Source: Octopus bimaculoides | Lineage: Eukaryota | Assembly (NCBI RefSeq): GCF_001194135.2 | Contig: NC_069003.1 | Location: 34,279,888-34,343,887 of the forward strand | Direction: 5' to 3' | DNA length: 64,000 bases | Part shown: positions 1-12,900 of the stretch, in pieces | How positions within the stretch are numbered: position 1 is the first letter of the stretch | Layout of the letters: each line of letters begins with the position of its first letter | The notes under the pieces: model-generated | Database searches by the model: none | What the model was told of the DNA's origin: nothing | Seen by the model: only the letters and a program-made list of their open reading frames with translations | Position numbers and translations under genes: made by a program

Positions 1-213
1 GAGCGTGGCCGTTTTCGTGCGGGTGACACGTAAAAGCACCCACTACACTCTCTGAGTGGTTGGCGTTAGGAAGGGCATCCAGCTGTAGAAACTCTGCCAA
101 ATCAGACTGGAGCCTGGTGTTGCCATCCGGTTTCACCAGTCCTCAGTCAAATCGTCCAACCCATGCTAGCATGGAAAGCGGACGTTAAACGATGATGATG
201 ATGATGATGATGA
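1..213 (+). mobile_element. Family A retro-element 3' part with (GAT)n tail
   Basis: Core ggcgttaggaagggcatccagctgtagaaac...ggacgttaaacgatgatgat recurs about 14 times in window. Confidence 0.85.
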
Positions 214-224
214 CTGGCTGAAGT

Positions 225-409
225 TTTTTTTGATACCAACCTGCTTGAAAATGCTCCTGGTTTTATGGTACAAATTTTTTGTTTTTAAATAATCTTGTTC
301 CAAACACCAGATTAATAATGAGTTATTTTATTAAATTTAACATTACTTTCAAAATGAATTGAAATGAAGGCAGTGTATTTCAACAGAAATATGGTAACAA
401 AAGGGTTAA
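225..409 (+). mobile_element. Family C TTAA-flanked MITE
   Basis: ends caacagaaatatggtaacaaaaggg-TTAA; same end at about 5919, 40617 and 63943. Confidence 0.7.
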
Positions 410-1928
410 ATTTATTCCAGTGATTTGTTGTAATTGTTGTTGTAGCTTTATTTGCCCAACTTTTATTTTCTTAAATTTTGGTCTGTTGTAAAAAAATATT
501 TTAATGCATTCACAGTTATATAAAGTTGTAGTTAGGAAATTGATGTTTCCTGTTGTTTAGTTTTATTTCTTTGTCATTGATTTCACCACTTGTTTGAATT
601 TAAACAACGAAGTGTATCTTGTGTGTGAATGAGAAATGGTGCCCAGTTGTTCTTTTAGGCATCCACAGAATGCATAAACATCAAGTAGCTGTGTGTGTGT
701 GTGTGCACGTGCACATACACACACATGCAATGATTTCATAGTCTTAATAGATTCCAGCACATTCACATTCAAATCTGCCAGAATGTATTAAAAATAATTA
801 TGCAAGTCATTTTGATTCTAGCAGTTCACTATTCATATCATCATTTACTACACACACACACACACACACAGAGTTTTACTCGATAAAAAAGTACTTCATC
901 CAGCAAGAGATAAAAATCATTTAATGTACACAATTACAAAAGAGCTGCCTTTTTTGTTTGTTTGTTTGTTTTTCTTATCATGAAGCATCCTGGTTTTTAA
1001 TTACATGTAGCATTATGAACTGAGCTTGAAAGAATTCTTGTACCTACATAGCATGTTGTATAGTCTACAATTTAATGTAGAAACAATTTAATGCATGAGA
1101 CTGTTAGTAGCTCCTTAGTAATTGTGTATGTTTAATGATATATATGTTATTAGGAAGCTCCAGTTATATTACCAGCTTTCTGTTTGATTTCTATGAGTTT
1201 CATTTACCCTTATGACCTTTTACTTTTTATTCAACATTCATCCATGTAGAGTCTGCAGCTAATCTTTGTGACTTGTATACGTATTGAGCTATTGAAAGCT
1301 ACCCTTCAAAAGAGGAAGAAGGTAGATTCGATTAACTTGAAGGAAACAGTCTCAGCCATGAGCTGATCAAATTTTCATTGACCAAAGATATTTTTGGTTA
1401 AAGACTAAACACTTGCTTTTAATATTCGTAGAAAAAACAAAAAATCAATAAATACATTTCATTCTGTAAGTCCATTTTGACAATAAGTCTGGTTTCCATT
1501 ACTATTTTGCCTTATGGTCTGTTGCTGTCAAATATTTTCTTGGCTGCACAAATGAATATTAAATTTTCGTATTGGCTTTTGACATCCTTTGCTTTCATAC
1601 TTCATTTTGTTGTTTGCTCTAGAACCAATGATAAACACAGGTTTTCAAATGACAAAATTAGATTTTTATTTTTAAATTTATTCAAACTGTAATAGTTTGA
1701 AAACAAACAAAAAAAAACAATTTTTCTTTAAAGATATGACATTTCTGTACATTATTTCATTGGATACCTTAGCATTTCAACTCTACACAAATGTCTTTTG
1801 GTTTTGATATATATTTTCATATTTTACTTAGGTATAGCAATTCTAATAATCTGGTGCTAAAACACAATTTACTTAAGCTTCAGAATAAAGCATTGAGTAC
1901 AGAGCATAATATGAAATTAAACAAGTGT

Positions 1929-2132
1929 CAAAGGAACAGGAAATTATGCAGTGAACTTCATTAGCTAACAACTGTTTCAGCTATTAGATGCAGTGCACTC
2001 GGTGCTGGACACTTGTGCGTCACCTTATAGCTTCCTCATGATGCACAGTCACTCAGCTTTGTGTGCACTGCATCTTACAGCAGAAACAGCTGTAAGCTAA
2101 TGAAGGTCATTGCATAATTTCCTGTTCCTTTG
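1929..2132. repeat. Long inverted repeat / fold-back element
   Basis: 70-bp arms 1929-1998 and 2063-2132, 63/70 complementary; loop also self-complementary. Confidence 0.9.
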
Positions 2133-2270
2133 CCTTCTTTTAATTTTATGTATAACAAAAGTCTGTGTGTAGATAAGAATATAGAATTTCAACCCTTTTG
2201 AGATGTAGACCTAATAATGCTCTGGCCATTCTAACTTTATATGTGAAAATTAATCTTTCTTTTTTTTCAG

Positions 2271-2369
2271 CCTGCTGACTGTAAGGCACTGATTGAAAGA
2301 TTAAAGAATTGTTCTGAAGATGAACTATTCAGTGAGTTGACCCATATAAAGTCATGGACTTATGGGAAG
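2271..2369 (+). CDS. HUWE1: HUWE1 exon 1
   Basis: [12 protein letters not shown]...SWTYGK; phase 0/0. Confidence 0.95.
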
Positions 2370-5300
2370 GTAAGATCTTTTATATTTTGCTTAATTTTTT
2401 TTCTTGTTTGTTTTGATATCGTTAGACTTTCAATGTAAAGTTGAATGACAGAATGTTGTTATCTACCCCCCCCCTTTACAAACAGATATTATTTTGGGGA
2501 TAAACACTTCAGTTTTGTCAATTTCTGTATAATTTAAGCAATAAATATGGTGTAAATACTGTAAACAAGAAATAGTTGAATAAAGCAAAAAAAGTGATTG
2601 AAAAAAAAAAGCAACATATAATAAAGAACCAACTGTTTAACCTCTTAGCATTCAGAATACTCTCTTAAATGCAATGCTTATTTATTCATAATGTTTTGAA
2701 TTAATCGTGCATTATTTTGTGACTTCAAGATCTTGGCAATGTGATTGACATTGTAAGGTAAATTTGTGAGAGACCAAATCTGTCTGGTTTGAACATAAAA
2801 CAATATTTGAGCCTGGTGTGGCCAGTTTAAATGCAAAGAGTTAAAACAAAAAAAAAAAGACTACATTGAATATTGGGAAAGTTAGCCATGTAGTATGATT
2901 GGTTGCAATAATATATTTATGTGTGCCAGTGGCATGTGTAAAAACATTTGAGTGAGATTGTTGCCAGTGCCGCTGGACTGGCTCCTGTGCAGGTGGCACG
3001 TAAAATACACCATTTTGAGCATGGCTGTTGCCAGTACCACCTGACTGGCCCTCGTGCCGGTGGCGCATAAAAGCACCCACTACACTCTCGGAGTGGTTGG
3101 CGTTAGGAAGAGCATCCAGCTGTAGAAACTCTGCCAAATCTGATTGGAGCCTGGTGTCGCCTCCTGGTCCTTACTTCCAAAAAAAAAATAATAATAAATA
3201 ATACATAAAAACCTGCTAACAGTTAGCAACAAAGAGTATCCAGCTGTAAAATATTGCATCTGTAATGTATTAATTCATGATAGCATTAGAAAAACGAAAC
3301 AGACTCTGTGGTCATTTTACAGTTTGAGCCAAAGTTACATATGGCCCAACAATGTGGGCTAACAATGGTTACAGTGTCTGTTAATCATAGCGGTGGGTTG
3401 TCATCCGAGTTCAATGGGTTAAAGGAAAGCAGACACAACAGTTCACGGCTTACTACAGTAACCAGCAACTGCAACACGTCAGGATATTGATCAGAGCTAA
3501 GTGTGAATGTTTGTAGCAAAACTGGACTGCACTAAACACACCAAGATGTTGTTAGCTGACCATGTTAGGTTGTCATTATTATAAGGATTATTTTTAGAAT
3601 TAATTGAAACATGCTGCAGTATGTTTTGTCTATATAGTCTGGAAAGAGTTAATCTAACCAGTAAATACAGATTTATAAGTTTTTTTCTGTTTTCGATTAA
3701 CTGTTGTTTTATTTTACAGTGTGAACTCTACCATTGGGTAGATGTTTTGGATAAATTTGATGAAATCTTGGAGAAAGCATGCCAGAGCCATTCTTCCAAC
3801 AAATGGACATTTGCTTGTGATGTTTTGGGCAATGAGAAGGTAAGTGTGTCACTCATGGGAAAATTCTTTTAAAATGTATATTGAAACCTTGTGCATGTGT
3901 GGCTATGAAGTTTGCTTGTAAACCATGTGGTTTCAAGTTCAGTCCCACTGTATGATACCTTGTGCTTGGTCTTTCTTGACCAACCAAAGCTTGTGAGCGG
4001 GTTTGGTAGAAGGAAACCGAAAGAAAACCGTGTATGTGTATGTCGCGTTCTGGCCTAACGACCCTCCATGTTTGTTTCCATTCGGTTTCCTTCAGCTTAT
4101 ATTATTCTTTCTTCAAGATTACTGGTCTCCTAGATGTGTTACCTTCACTGTGGGGAAGGCCACATCTCTCCATGTAATGAGGGGGTTTAATTATTCTGAA
4201 GTTTGCAAGAACTAGAGAGATTGTCCCTACTATAGCTTACAGAATTCTTTCTACTCTGTATCCATTTTTACAGGTTGCTGTTGGCTCTACATCTTTGCAC
4301 AGAGGGTGTTAAGAACAAGGGGGTTGTCAATAGAGAATTTGCATTGTCCCAGGGAACTCAGTTTCAGTGGAGGGAGTGGGGAGTGGGAGTATCCAGGTTG
4401 TTGAATTTGAAATGGGTAGGAGGGAAAAGTTTGCTAACCTTCGTAATTCAGTTGTTACACCGAAATAGGAATATTAAGTTTTCATGTAAAATGGGGCTTT
4501 CACCTTTTTGGCTCCTTCCTCCAGCTGAATATTTTTTATGCCAATAACAAGAAAAGTGGTTTTTACTCTAAGAGATCCTAATAAATATTAATATTGCTCG
4601 GAATATAGTCAGGGAATCCAAAACATCGTCTTTGGCAATATGTTATTGCTAATAATTTCTTCATGCATATTAAATAAATAATAAAAAAATGTTTTTGTTT
4701 TATTTTATTTAAATTTTTTTTTTTTTGCTTTTATTTTTGTTTAGCTGAAGGACCTGCTACTCCAGGTGCTACAGTTTACAGCCCTACTCATAGAACACAG
4801 CTTCTCCCGACACCTGTACAATTCGACGGAGTATTTAACCATACTACTCTCGTCATGTGATATGACAGTGGTCCTTGCTGTGCTTAATCTGCTGTATGTT
4901 TTTGGGTGAGTAAACTTTGCTGCCAACCCTTGCATTCCTCTTCCCTCAAAACATTCCTCTTCCTCTTCAAAACATATTCTTACAACATTGGATAATATGG
5001 CTGGAGATCCACGAAACACAATAATAGCGAGCATCCCAGCTTGAGCCGAAATCTCATTTTTAAAATATTTGTAAATATTTCATCATTCATTATTTTCATT
5101 TAACATCTGCTTTCCATGCTGGTATGGGTTGGACGGTTTGACTGAAAACTGGTAAGCTGGGAGAGCTGCACCAGGTATATATTGATTTGCAATGAGATCA
5201 ATTGTAATAGAAACGATTCGTTTTTCTCATTGTTTTTCTCTTTTTCTTCTCATTTGTTTTTTGTAGAAAACGTTCCAACTTCATTACCAGGTTGGGTGTG

Positions 5301-6877
5301 GAGAAGAAGCAAAGTCTCATATCTAGACTTACACACTTGGCTGAGGTAAGGAAATAAAATTGTTCGAACAGGAGGAAATGTTTTAGTGAAAACATCTTCG
5401 TATTCTCATATGTTGTCTTTGTATATTTATGCAAACATTGTTTAATAATTCAGGCATCTGATGTATACAGTTTAATCCTTTAGCTTTCAAACCAGCCATA
5501 TCTGGCTCAAAATATTCTACATCTTTTTATGCTTAAACCATCCAAATCCAACCTTTCATGCCTACCCTACAATGTCATTCTAAAAATAAGCAACCACATC
5601 ATTGAAATCTTGAAGGTGTGAGATAATGCATGATTAATTCAAAACAATGTGAATGAATATGTATTACATTTGATAGGGTAATCTGAATGCTAAAGGGTTA
5701 AACTGTCAGAAATTCCTTAATTCTGAGAAGACCTTACAGAATACAAAATCTTATTTCAGCCAATCCTCATTTCTTGGTTGCTTGGCAGTAAGGTAAATCA
5801 CGAGAACTATCAACCCTTTCACTGTGAAATTAACTAAATTATTTGACTAAATTCTTTGTTATATTTAAAATTGAAAGAGACACAGAGAAAATCTACAGAA
5901 ATATGGTAACAAAAGGGTTTGGACTAGGGTGAAAATATGATCTGGAAAATATATATTGCTATTAACTTTTGAGGAAGCTAAGTTATCAACTATTTACTTA
6001 TGTTGTTAAATTCTCTGTTTACATTGTAAAGTTGTTTCTGAAAAAAAAAAAAAAAAAAAAAAAAAANNNNNNNNNNNNNNNNNNNNNNNNNNNNNNNNNN
6101 NNNNNNNNNNNNNNNNNNNNNNNNNNNNNNNNNNNNNNNNNNNNNNNNNNNNNNNNNNNNNNNNNNNNNNNNNNNNNNNNNNNNNNNNNNNNNNNNNNNN
6201 NNNNNNNNNNNNNNNNNNNNNNNNNNNNNNNNNNNNNNNNNNNNNNNNNNNNNNNNNNNNNNNNNNNNNNNNNNNNNNNNNNNNNNNNNNNNNNNNNNNN
6301 NNNNNNNNNNNNNNNNNNNNNNNNNNNNNNNNNNNNNNNNNNNNNNNNNNNNNNNNNNNNNNNNNNNNNNNNNNNNNNNNNNNNNNNNNNNNNNNNNNNN
6401 NNNNNNNNNNNNNNNNNNNNNNNNNNNNNNNNNNNNNNNNNNNNNNNNNNNNNNNNNNNNNNNNNNNNNNNNNNNNNNNNNNNNNNNNNNNNNNNNNNNN
6501 NNNNNNNNNNNNNNNNNNNNNNNNNNNNNNNNNNNNNNNNNNNNNNNNNNNNNNNNNNNNNNNNNNNNNNNNNNNNNNNNNNNNNNNNNNNNNNNNNNNN
6601 NNNNNNNNNNNNNNNNNNNNNNNNNNNNNNNNNNNNNNNNNNNNNNNNNNNNNNNNNNNNNNNNNNNNNNNNNNNNNNNNNNNNNNNNNNNNNNNNNNNN
6701 NNNNNNNNNNNNNNNNNNNNNNNNNNNNNNNNNNNNNNNNNNNNNNNNNNNNNNNNNNNNNNNNNNNNNNNNNNNNNNNNNNNNNNNNNNNNNNNNNNNN
6801 NNNNNNNNNNNNNNNNNNNNNNNNNNNNNNNNNNNNNNNNNNNNNNNNNNNNNNNNNNNNNNNNNNNNNNNNNNNNN

Positions 6878-6911
<34 letters not shown>

Positions 6912-9900
6912 CCCTAGTTATTAGTGAAGTGTAGCATATTTACATAAAATGTCCATTACCCTAATGTAGGTTGAGATAGGGTGATGGTAAAGTGTTTTCA
7001 TATTCTCTCATCTCACGATGAATAACAAAAGGAGATCTCATTGTCAAACCAGTTACTCTGGTTGTGTATATTCTCAGACATTGATTTAATACACATTCCT
7101 CCATACATTCCTGTTAATGTTTACGAATATGAGGGACATCTTTTAATTTTAATTTTGCATAAGATGCAGATATCTGCCTAACGTATTATACATGCACTTT
7201 AAAAATGCTGACTTTAATTTTTATATTTGTTTGTTTGGCAATATGTATAACTACTGACTGTAATAAAGGGTAGATTGTATTCCAAGTTGAAGTAACAACA
7301 ATAACTGTAACAGAAGTGGACATGCATTCACACGATGACTCTATTGTGACATAGGCATAGCTGTAAATTCTGTGGGAGATTAAGTATTGTTGTTGAAATA
7401 ATCAAGCCCCAGTATTTGCCTAGTGAGTTTTAACCATTGGCTGCAATACAGTGGTGAAATCATGTCTACATGCTCCACTACCAGAGGTGTTTATNNNNNN
7501 NNNNGCTGGGTTGAAAACAATTGTAGCGTGGAAGTTGTTTATAAGCCAACTGGTGCATTCATTGGATGTTATCTCCGTTCTTGCATTTCTGAAAATGTAT
7601 TGTGAAGGTGTTTTAATAATGCTTTTTTGAAGTTAATATTTAGATTTTTGGGTATTCTTCAAGACATGGGACTCTTCTTTCTCCTCCCCTTCCTCGTTCT
7701 TCAATCTTTCCTCTAGTGAAAGGGGTCATCTTTTCTATAGTCTTTGAAAGCCTATCTTTATTAGTATCTCGCTTTTGTGTTCATAGCAATATCATTGAAT
7801 TTACTTCTAATTGCAGAATTTTTCTCCCAGTGCTACTACACTCCATTTTGAATTCTATGCCGAGAACAAAGATGAAAAAAGTGGGAAAAAGGTACACTAT
7901 TCCGTTCCATTAGTTTGAAACCTCTAGTTATCAACCTGCACAGTTTGGAAAGGTGGATGTAAGAGTGACATAATGTAATTTATACACACGCACTTGTGTG
8001 TGCGTGTGTGTGCATTTGTGAATATGCTTGTCTATTTGTGTCTGTGTGTACATATATCAGCACATGCGTATGTATTGAGTGCTCTTTCCTTTGTTTGTTC
8101 CACCAGACCTCTGTGTGTATATGGAATGCTATTGCTTAGGATCCATCCGTCTGCAACTCTCATCTGTCACTCTTCTTTTTTTGCTGACTGTTTCTCTCTG
8201 TCTTCATTGTTATTCATCAGACTCTCACCCCACTCCCTCTATCTCCCTCTCGCTCTGGCTCCCTTCCAACTCAGTTGTGTTGGGAAAGAAGGGTGCAGAC
8301 ATGGAACAGTGCAGAGAACAAAGACTGCTGAGTCTTTTTCAGGCACAAGACGACATTCTGGTGCTGGTGAGGCAAAAGATTGGCGAACATGAGGATTCTT
8401 TAGTCTTGCTAGGGACCAGACAATTTCTGTGGGGCTGGTGTCACAAGAAACTGTACCCAGTACCTTTAGTAAAGTGGATGGTGTAAAGAAAGGCATCCAT
8501 CCCTGGATACCTTTCCTTATATTTGTGTTTTAATCATTCATAATTGTACTTGTTTTTTCTTTCTGTAAAGGGTTCTGCCAATGTCATAACCTGCATTCAT
8601 ATGGAAAGTGTAGACAAGTGTGGAAAGGTGCCATCTGAAATAATGGAAGAGTTAATTAACAGTTTCAGCATCCCAGAGGACCGACAGGTGAGCTATAAAA
8701 TATCTCTCTTCTTGTACAATATTTTTATTGTAAATAAAAGCAAAAAAAAAAACCATACTTGTACCTATAGGATGGTTTATATGTTGGAACAGTTGTTAGT
8801 GTTGCACGCCTATAGTTTTTGCTTTTAGCTATTGCTAATGTGGCCGATGAGAATACTGCCTGATTGGCACTTGTGCCAGTGGAACATTAAAAGCACATCC
8901 AAGCATAATCTTTGCCAGGGCCGCGGATTGGCTCCCATGCTGGTGGCATGTAAAAAGCGCCATTCGAACGTGCTCGTTGCCAGCGTCGCCTTACCGACAC
9001 ACGTGCTAGTGACATGTGAAAGACAACATTCAAGTGTGATCATTGCCAGTGCCGCCTGACTGGCTCCCATGTAGGTGGCACATAAAAAAAAAAAAACACC
9101 TTTTGAGTGTGGCCGTTGCCAGAACCACCTGACTGGCCGTTGGGCTGGTGGCACGTAAAAGCACCCACTACACTCTCGGAGTGGTTGGTGTTACGAAGGG
9201 CATCCAGCTGTAGAAACTTTGCCAGATCGGATTGAGCCTGGTGCAGCCTCTGGCTCACCAGCCTTCAGTCAAACCATCCAACCCATGCCAGCATGGAAAG
9301 CAGACGTTAAACGACAACGATGTTGATGATTATATCTTTCATGTTGTTTTTATTTTTTTTATATTTTCAGATGCTTCTATATACTCATATTAGATTAGCT
9401 TATTTGTTCTCCAAATATGAAGCTAGAATACAGTGTGTGCAGGCCAGACTTCAGGCATTATCAGTACTTGGTGAGTTCAGTTTCCATTTCAAGACACAAG
9501 ACTAAAGAATTTAACAAAATTTATAATCATTGTATATTCCTGCAGGCACACAAATATTTGTCTCTATGGCATTTTCTTTATTCTTTATTCTGCTCTATTT
9601 TATTTTAAAATATAAAAGTTGCGTATTTTGGTTTGTATTTAACGTTAGAATTTTTTTTTCTTTCCAGTATATTCTAATGCCATTCAAGACAACATGAATG
9701 CCTTGCTATATCCTGGTCTTATTGAAGAACTGGTTGATATAATTGAATTAAAAGATATGGATATTGTGGTGAGTAGTGTATTACATTCGTCATTTTGCTC
9801 TCTCGTTTAAATACTTCTGTTCACCATTCACAACGACATGCTACAGGTGAGCACTGTTTGGTGGTGCACAGAAGGAATGATATGGTCCTGGAGGACATTG

Positions 9901-12900
9901 GAGTGGGACAGATGTGGGTGAGAATGCTGAGAGTGCAGAATTTTAAGATATCTGGGTTTATGGGGTTGTAATGGGGGGAAAATGTGAGAGGACTGAGAGT
10001 TAAAAAGGCTTGAAGTTTGTTCTTTCCTCTCTGCTCAAAGGTCTTTTCTGTGATTGCCATTTAGGAATGAGGATTCTTGTATACTTTATCTTTTTATTGA
10101 TTTAAATATTGTTTTCTTGGGAAAATGTCTTTTGTTCTCAATCTGGTAGAAGTAAAAGGCATTCAACATTAAAAATTAAAATGTCAGCATTTTCCTTTTC
10201 TTTGTGTTGAATCTGTGAAAAACTAATTCAATTAATTATCTTAAGATATGTAACTTACTTAATTGTTTGGTTGTTTCTTTGTTTTTTTTTGCAGGATATC
10301 AAGGCTGCTGCGTTACGGACTCTAACATCAATAATACATTTAGAAAGAAACCCAAAGTAAGCTTCTTTTCCTCCATCTTATATTCTTTACTCTTTTGTTC
10401 CTAACAGAAATGTTTTTTTTTTACTTTGGATGCTTATAAATTCATTGTCGTCATCGTTTAAATAAATGTCTGCCTTCCATGCTCCAGGCTCCTTTTGAAA
10501 TTACTTTCGTTATTAGTCTTTCTTGGCCCAAGAAATGGGCATTGTTACTCTAAGTTGCCTACATAATCAAAACAACACTTTTTTCTTCCCTAGATTGAAT
10601 GCAATAATAGATGCTACTGGCGCGTCTCTATATCATGGCTTCTTGCCAGTATTGGTGAGAAATTGTATCCAACGCATGATAGGTATGTAGCTGATCTTTT
10701 TCTTATGTCTTGTATTGTTCTGACAGACGGTACTTTTGTTTTTCATTTTTCTTTGTTCTGAGTTCAGTTCTTTGTTTTGTCAACTTCATGTTAACCCCTC
10801 TTCAGTCTTAATAAATAAATAAATGACTGTGATATACTTGCAGCATCATTCTTCTGCTAAAATTACCATCACCTCTTACTGACAAGAAGTGCCTATTGTT
10901 CACAGTATTGGACAATTGATTGCAAAACTTGATTCTTGACTGTTTTGAGTTCAAATTTCATCAAGAGCAACCATGCCATCGTTGTAGGGTTTTATGATAC
11001 AGACTTCTTGTTTACTGGAGATCAATCCTGGTGACTACAAAGATTAGAAATTAGTGTTGCCTGCCTTAAAAAAAAACACAAAAGGCAAGAGAGAGAAATA
11101 GTAGCCAATGGTTTAGCTTTGTAGCTACAATTTAATAGTTTGTTGGTATGGTAATATTGGACCAGAATATTTTACAGCCTTACTGCCTATTATCATGAGG
11201 CCCCAATAAAATGCTGCTACCTAAATTGGTTGTAAACCCTGTCAAAATAAAATGCAGAGAGGCTTTGCTTTTAAGAGGGTGACTGTAATTGTTTATATTC
11301 AGAGCAAAATTAAATGAGTTTTGCTCTGTATTCCTTATCTATTTGCTTCAATATTTTGTTGTATTCTTTTATTCTTGGTGCTGTTGTACATATTCACTTC
11401 TAAAGTGATAATATTGAAATGAAGGATGAAATGAATTTTTTAAAATATGGTTTTATTATTTTTTTTCTTTCAGATCCTAACATGACTCCCTTCCCTCAAC
11501 TATTTGCTACCGCGTTGTTTTCTTTTCTTTATCACCTTGCCAGTTATGAGAGTGGTGAGTTTGCATTTTATTATTTCAGTAATATTTTTAAGGTAGATTT
11601 GTAAAACTGTTCAGTCTATACCAATATGTAAAAATATTTAATTTCTAAGTGAAAGACCTCTCTGTTTGAGAAAACAGATTAAATTTCTAAAACATAATCG
11701 TTTGTCGATTACTTTCATGTAATAATGTCTTTCCTTTCCCTTCAATTTACAGGAGGTGAGGCCCTAGTTTCTTGTGGAATGATGGAATCTTTATTAAAAG
11801 TCATTAATTGGTATGGTGAGGGCCAGGAGCATATCACTGTAAGTAGCAATTAATTGTTGGTGTAAAATATAGTGTAAATAACACATTTTTTTGATAATTG
11901 TATTCTGAAGATACTTTTTAGCAAGCTGCTGGTGGGCAAAGAAATAAATGAAATCAATAATTAAAAAAAAAAAAGCAAAATCTTGGTTGTTATAACAATA
12001 AAAATACCTTCAAGAGTTTGGAAAACATTTAAATAGAAAACTGACGATCAAGCTGCTTGCAATGTAATCGTAACTTCTGTTCTATTTCTGTGCATGTTTT
12101 ATGTGCACACATGTACATACCTATGTACACATGTGCAAGTTTGTATGTATGAGGCTATTGTCTTCCATGTATTGATCTCCCAAATTTCCATTTCAGTTTG
12201 TAACCCGTGCTGTTAGAGTTGTTGATCTCATCACAAATATGGATATGGCTGCTTTCCAAGGACATGGTGGCTTAAATGCATTCTTAAACAGACTTGAGGT
12301 ATTTGTCATAAATTGGTTCCTTTGTCTCTTGTTTATTGATAGTTTTAGTTTTATTCTTCGAAATGTGTAAAATTTCAAGTTGGTAAAAAATACACTTAGA
12401 ATGTGTTTGGGGATTTCTAGAGAAAATCACACCTCCACCACTCTTGATAAAATCTTTTAGCCATTAGAGATTTTGTAATATATTTGTGAACATTGTGTTT
12501 AGGTCAATCAAAGAACGGTTTTGGACTTTGGGTTCAATTTAATTTTGGCAGTAAAATGAAATTTTGAAAGTAAATAATTAGTAATGCTACAAAAGCAGTT
12601 TTTCAACAGTTAGTTGAATTTCGTTTTTATAAATGAAAGCAAGATTCTGAAGTGTGTATTTTCTTTAATAATAATTGCAACCCTTTAAAAATACGTATAA
12701 GTGTAAACAAAACTCAGTTTAAGAAAATGGTACCATTGCAATGAAGCTAATTCTTGGGTGTATATAATTCAGCATGAAGTCAATGTCTGCAGAAAAGAAC
12801 AGCCTTTTGTAATCAGACCAGCCAAATCCCATGACAACTCAATGGATGTGAATCCTGATTCCCCATCAGCTATGGAAACTGATAACATCCGACAGGATGG

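Noticed and set aside
690-725. (TG)n-gcacgtgc-(CA)n fold-back (similar near 49755)
   Set aside because: Trivial product of adjacent dinucleotide repeats
1-2270. Search for the start exon (MKVDR...)
   Set aside because: Not found; presumed upstream of the window
4903-5270. FGK instead of conserved FSK at the exon 3/4 junction as a genomically fixed editing event
   Set aside because: Codon is GGA; an unedited AGA would be Arg, not Ser
5969-6934. Long ORFs spanning N runs (also 26839-27608 and 36851-37452)
   Set aside because: Artefacts of translating gaps
8857-9165. Regular repeat-spacer look, possible CRISPR array
   Set aside because: Diverged tandem head of a eukaryotic retro-element; no unique spacers or cas genes
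9769-9846. Strong CAG/gtgagc 78 nt downstream of the exon 8 donor (poison extension or recursive site)
   Set aside because: No supporting polypyrimidine tract; such motifs are expected by chance
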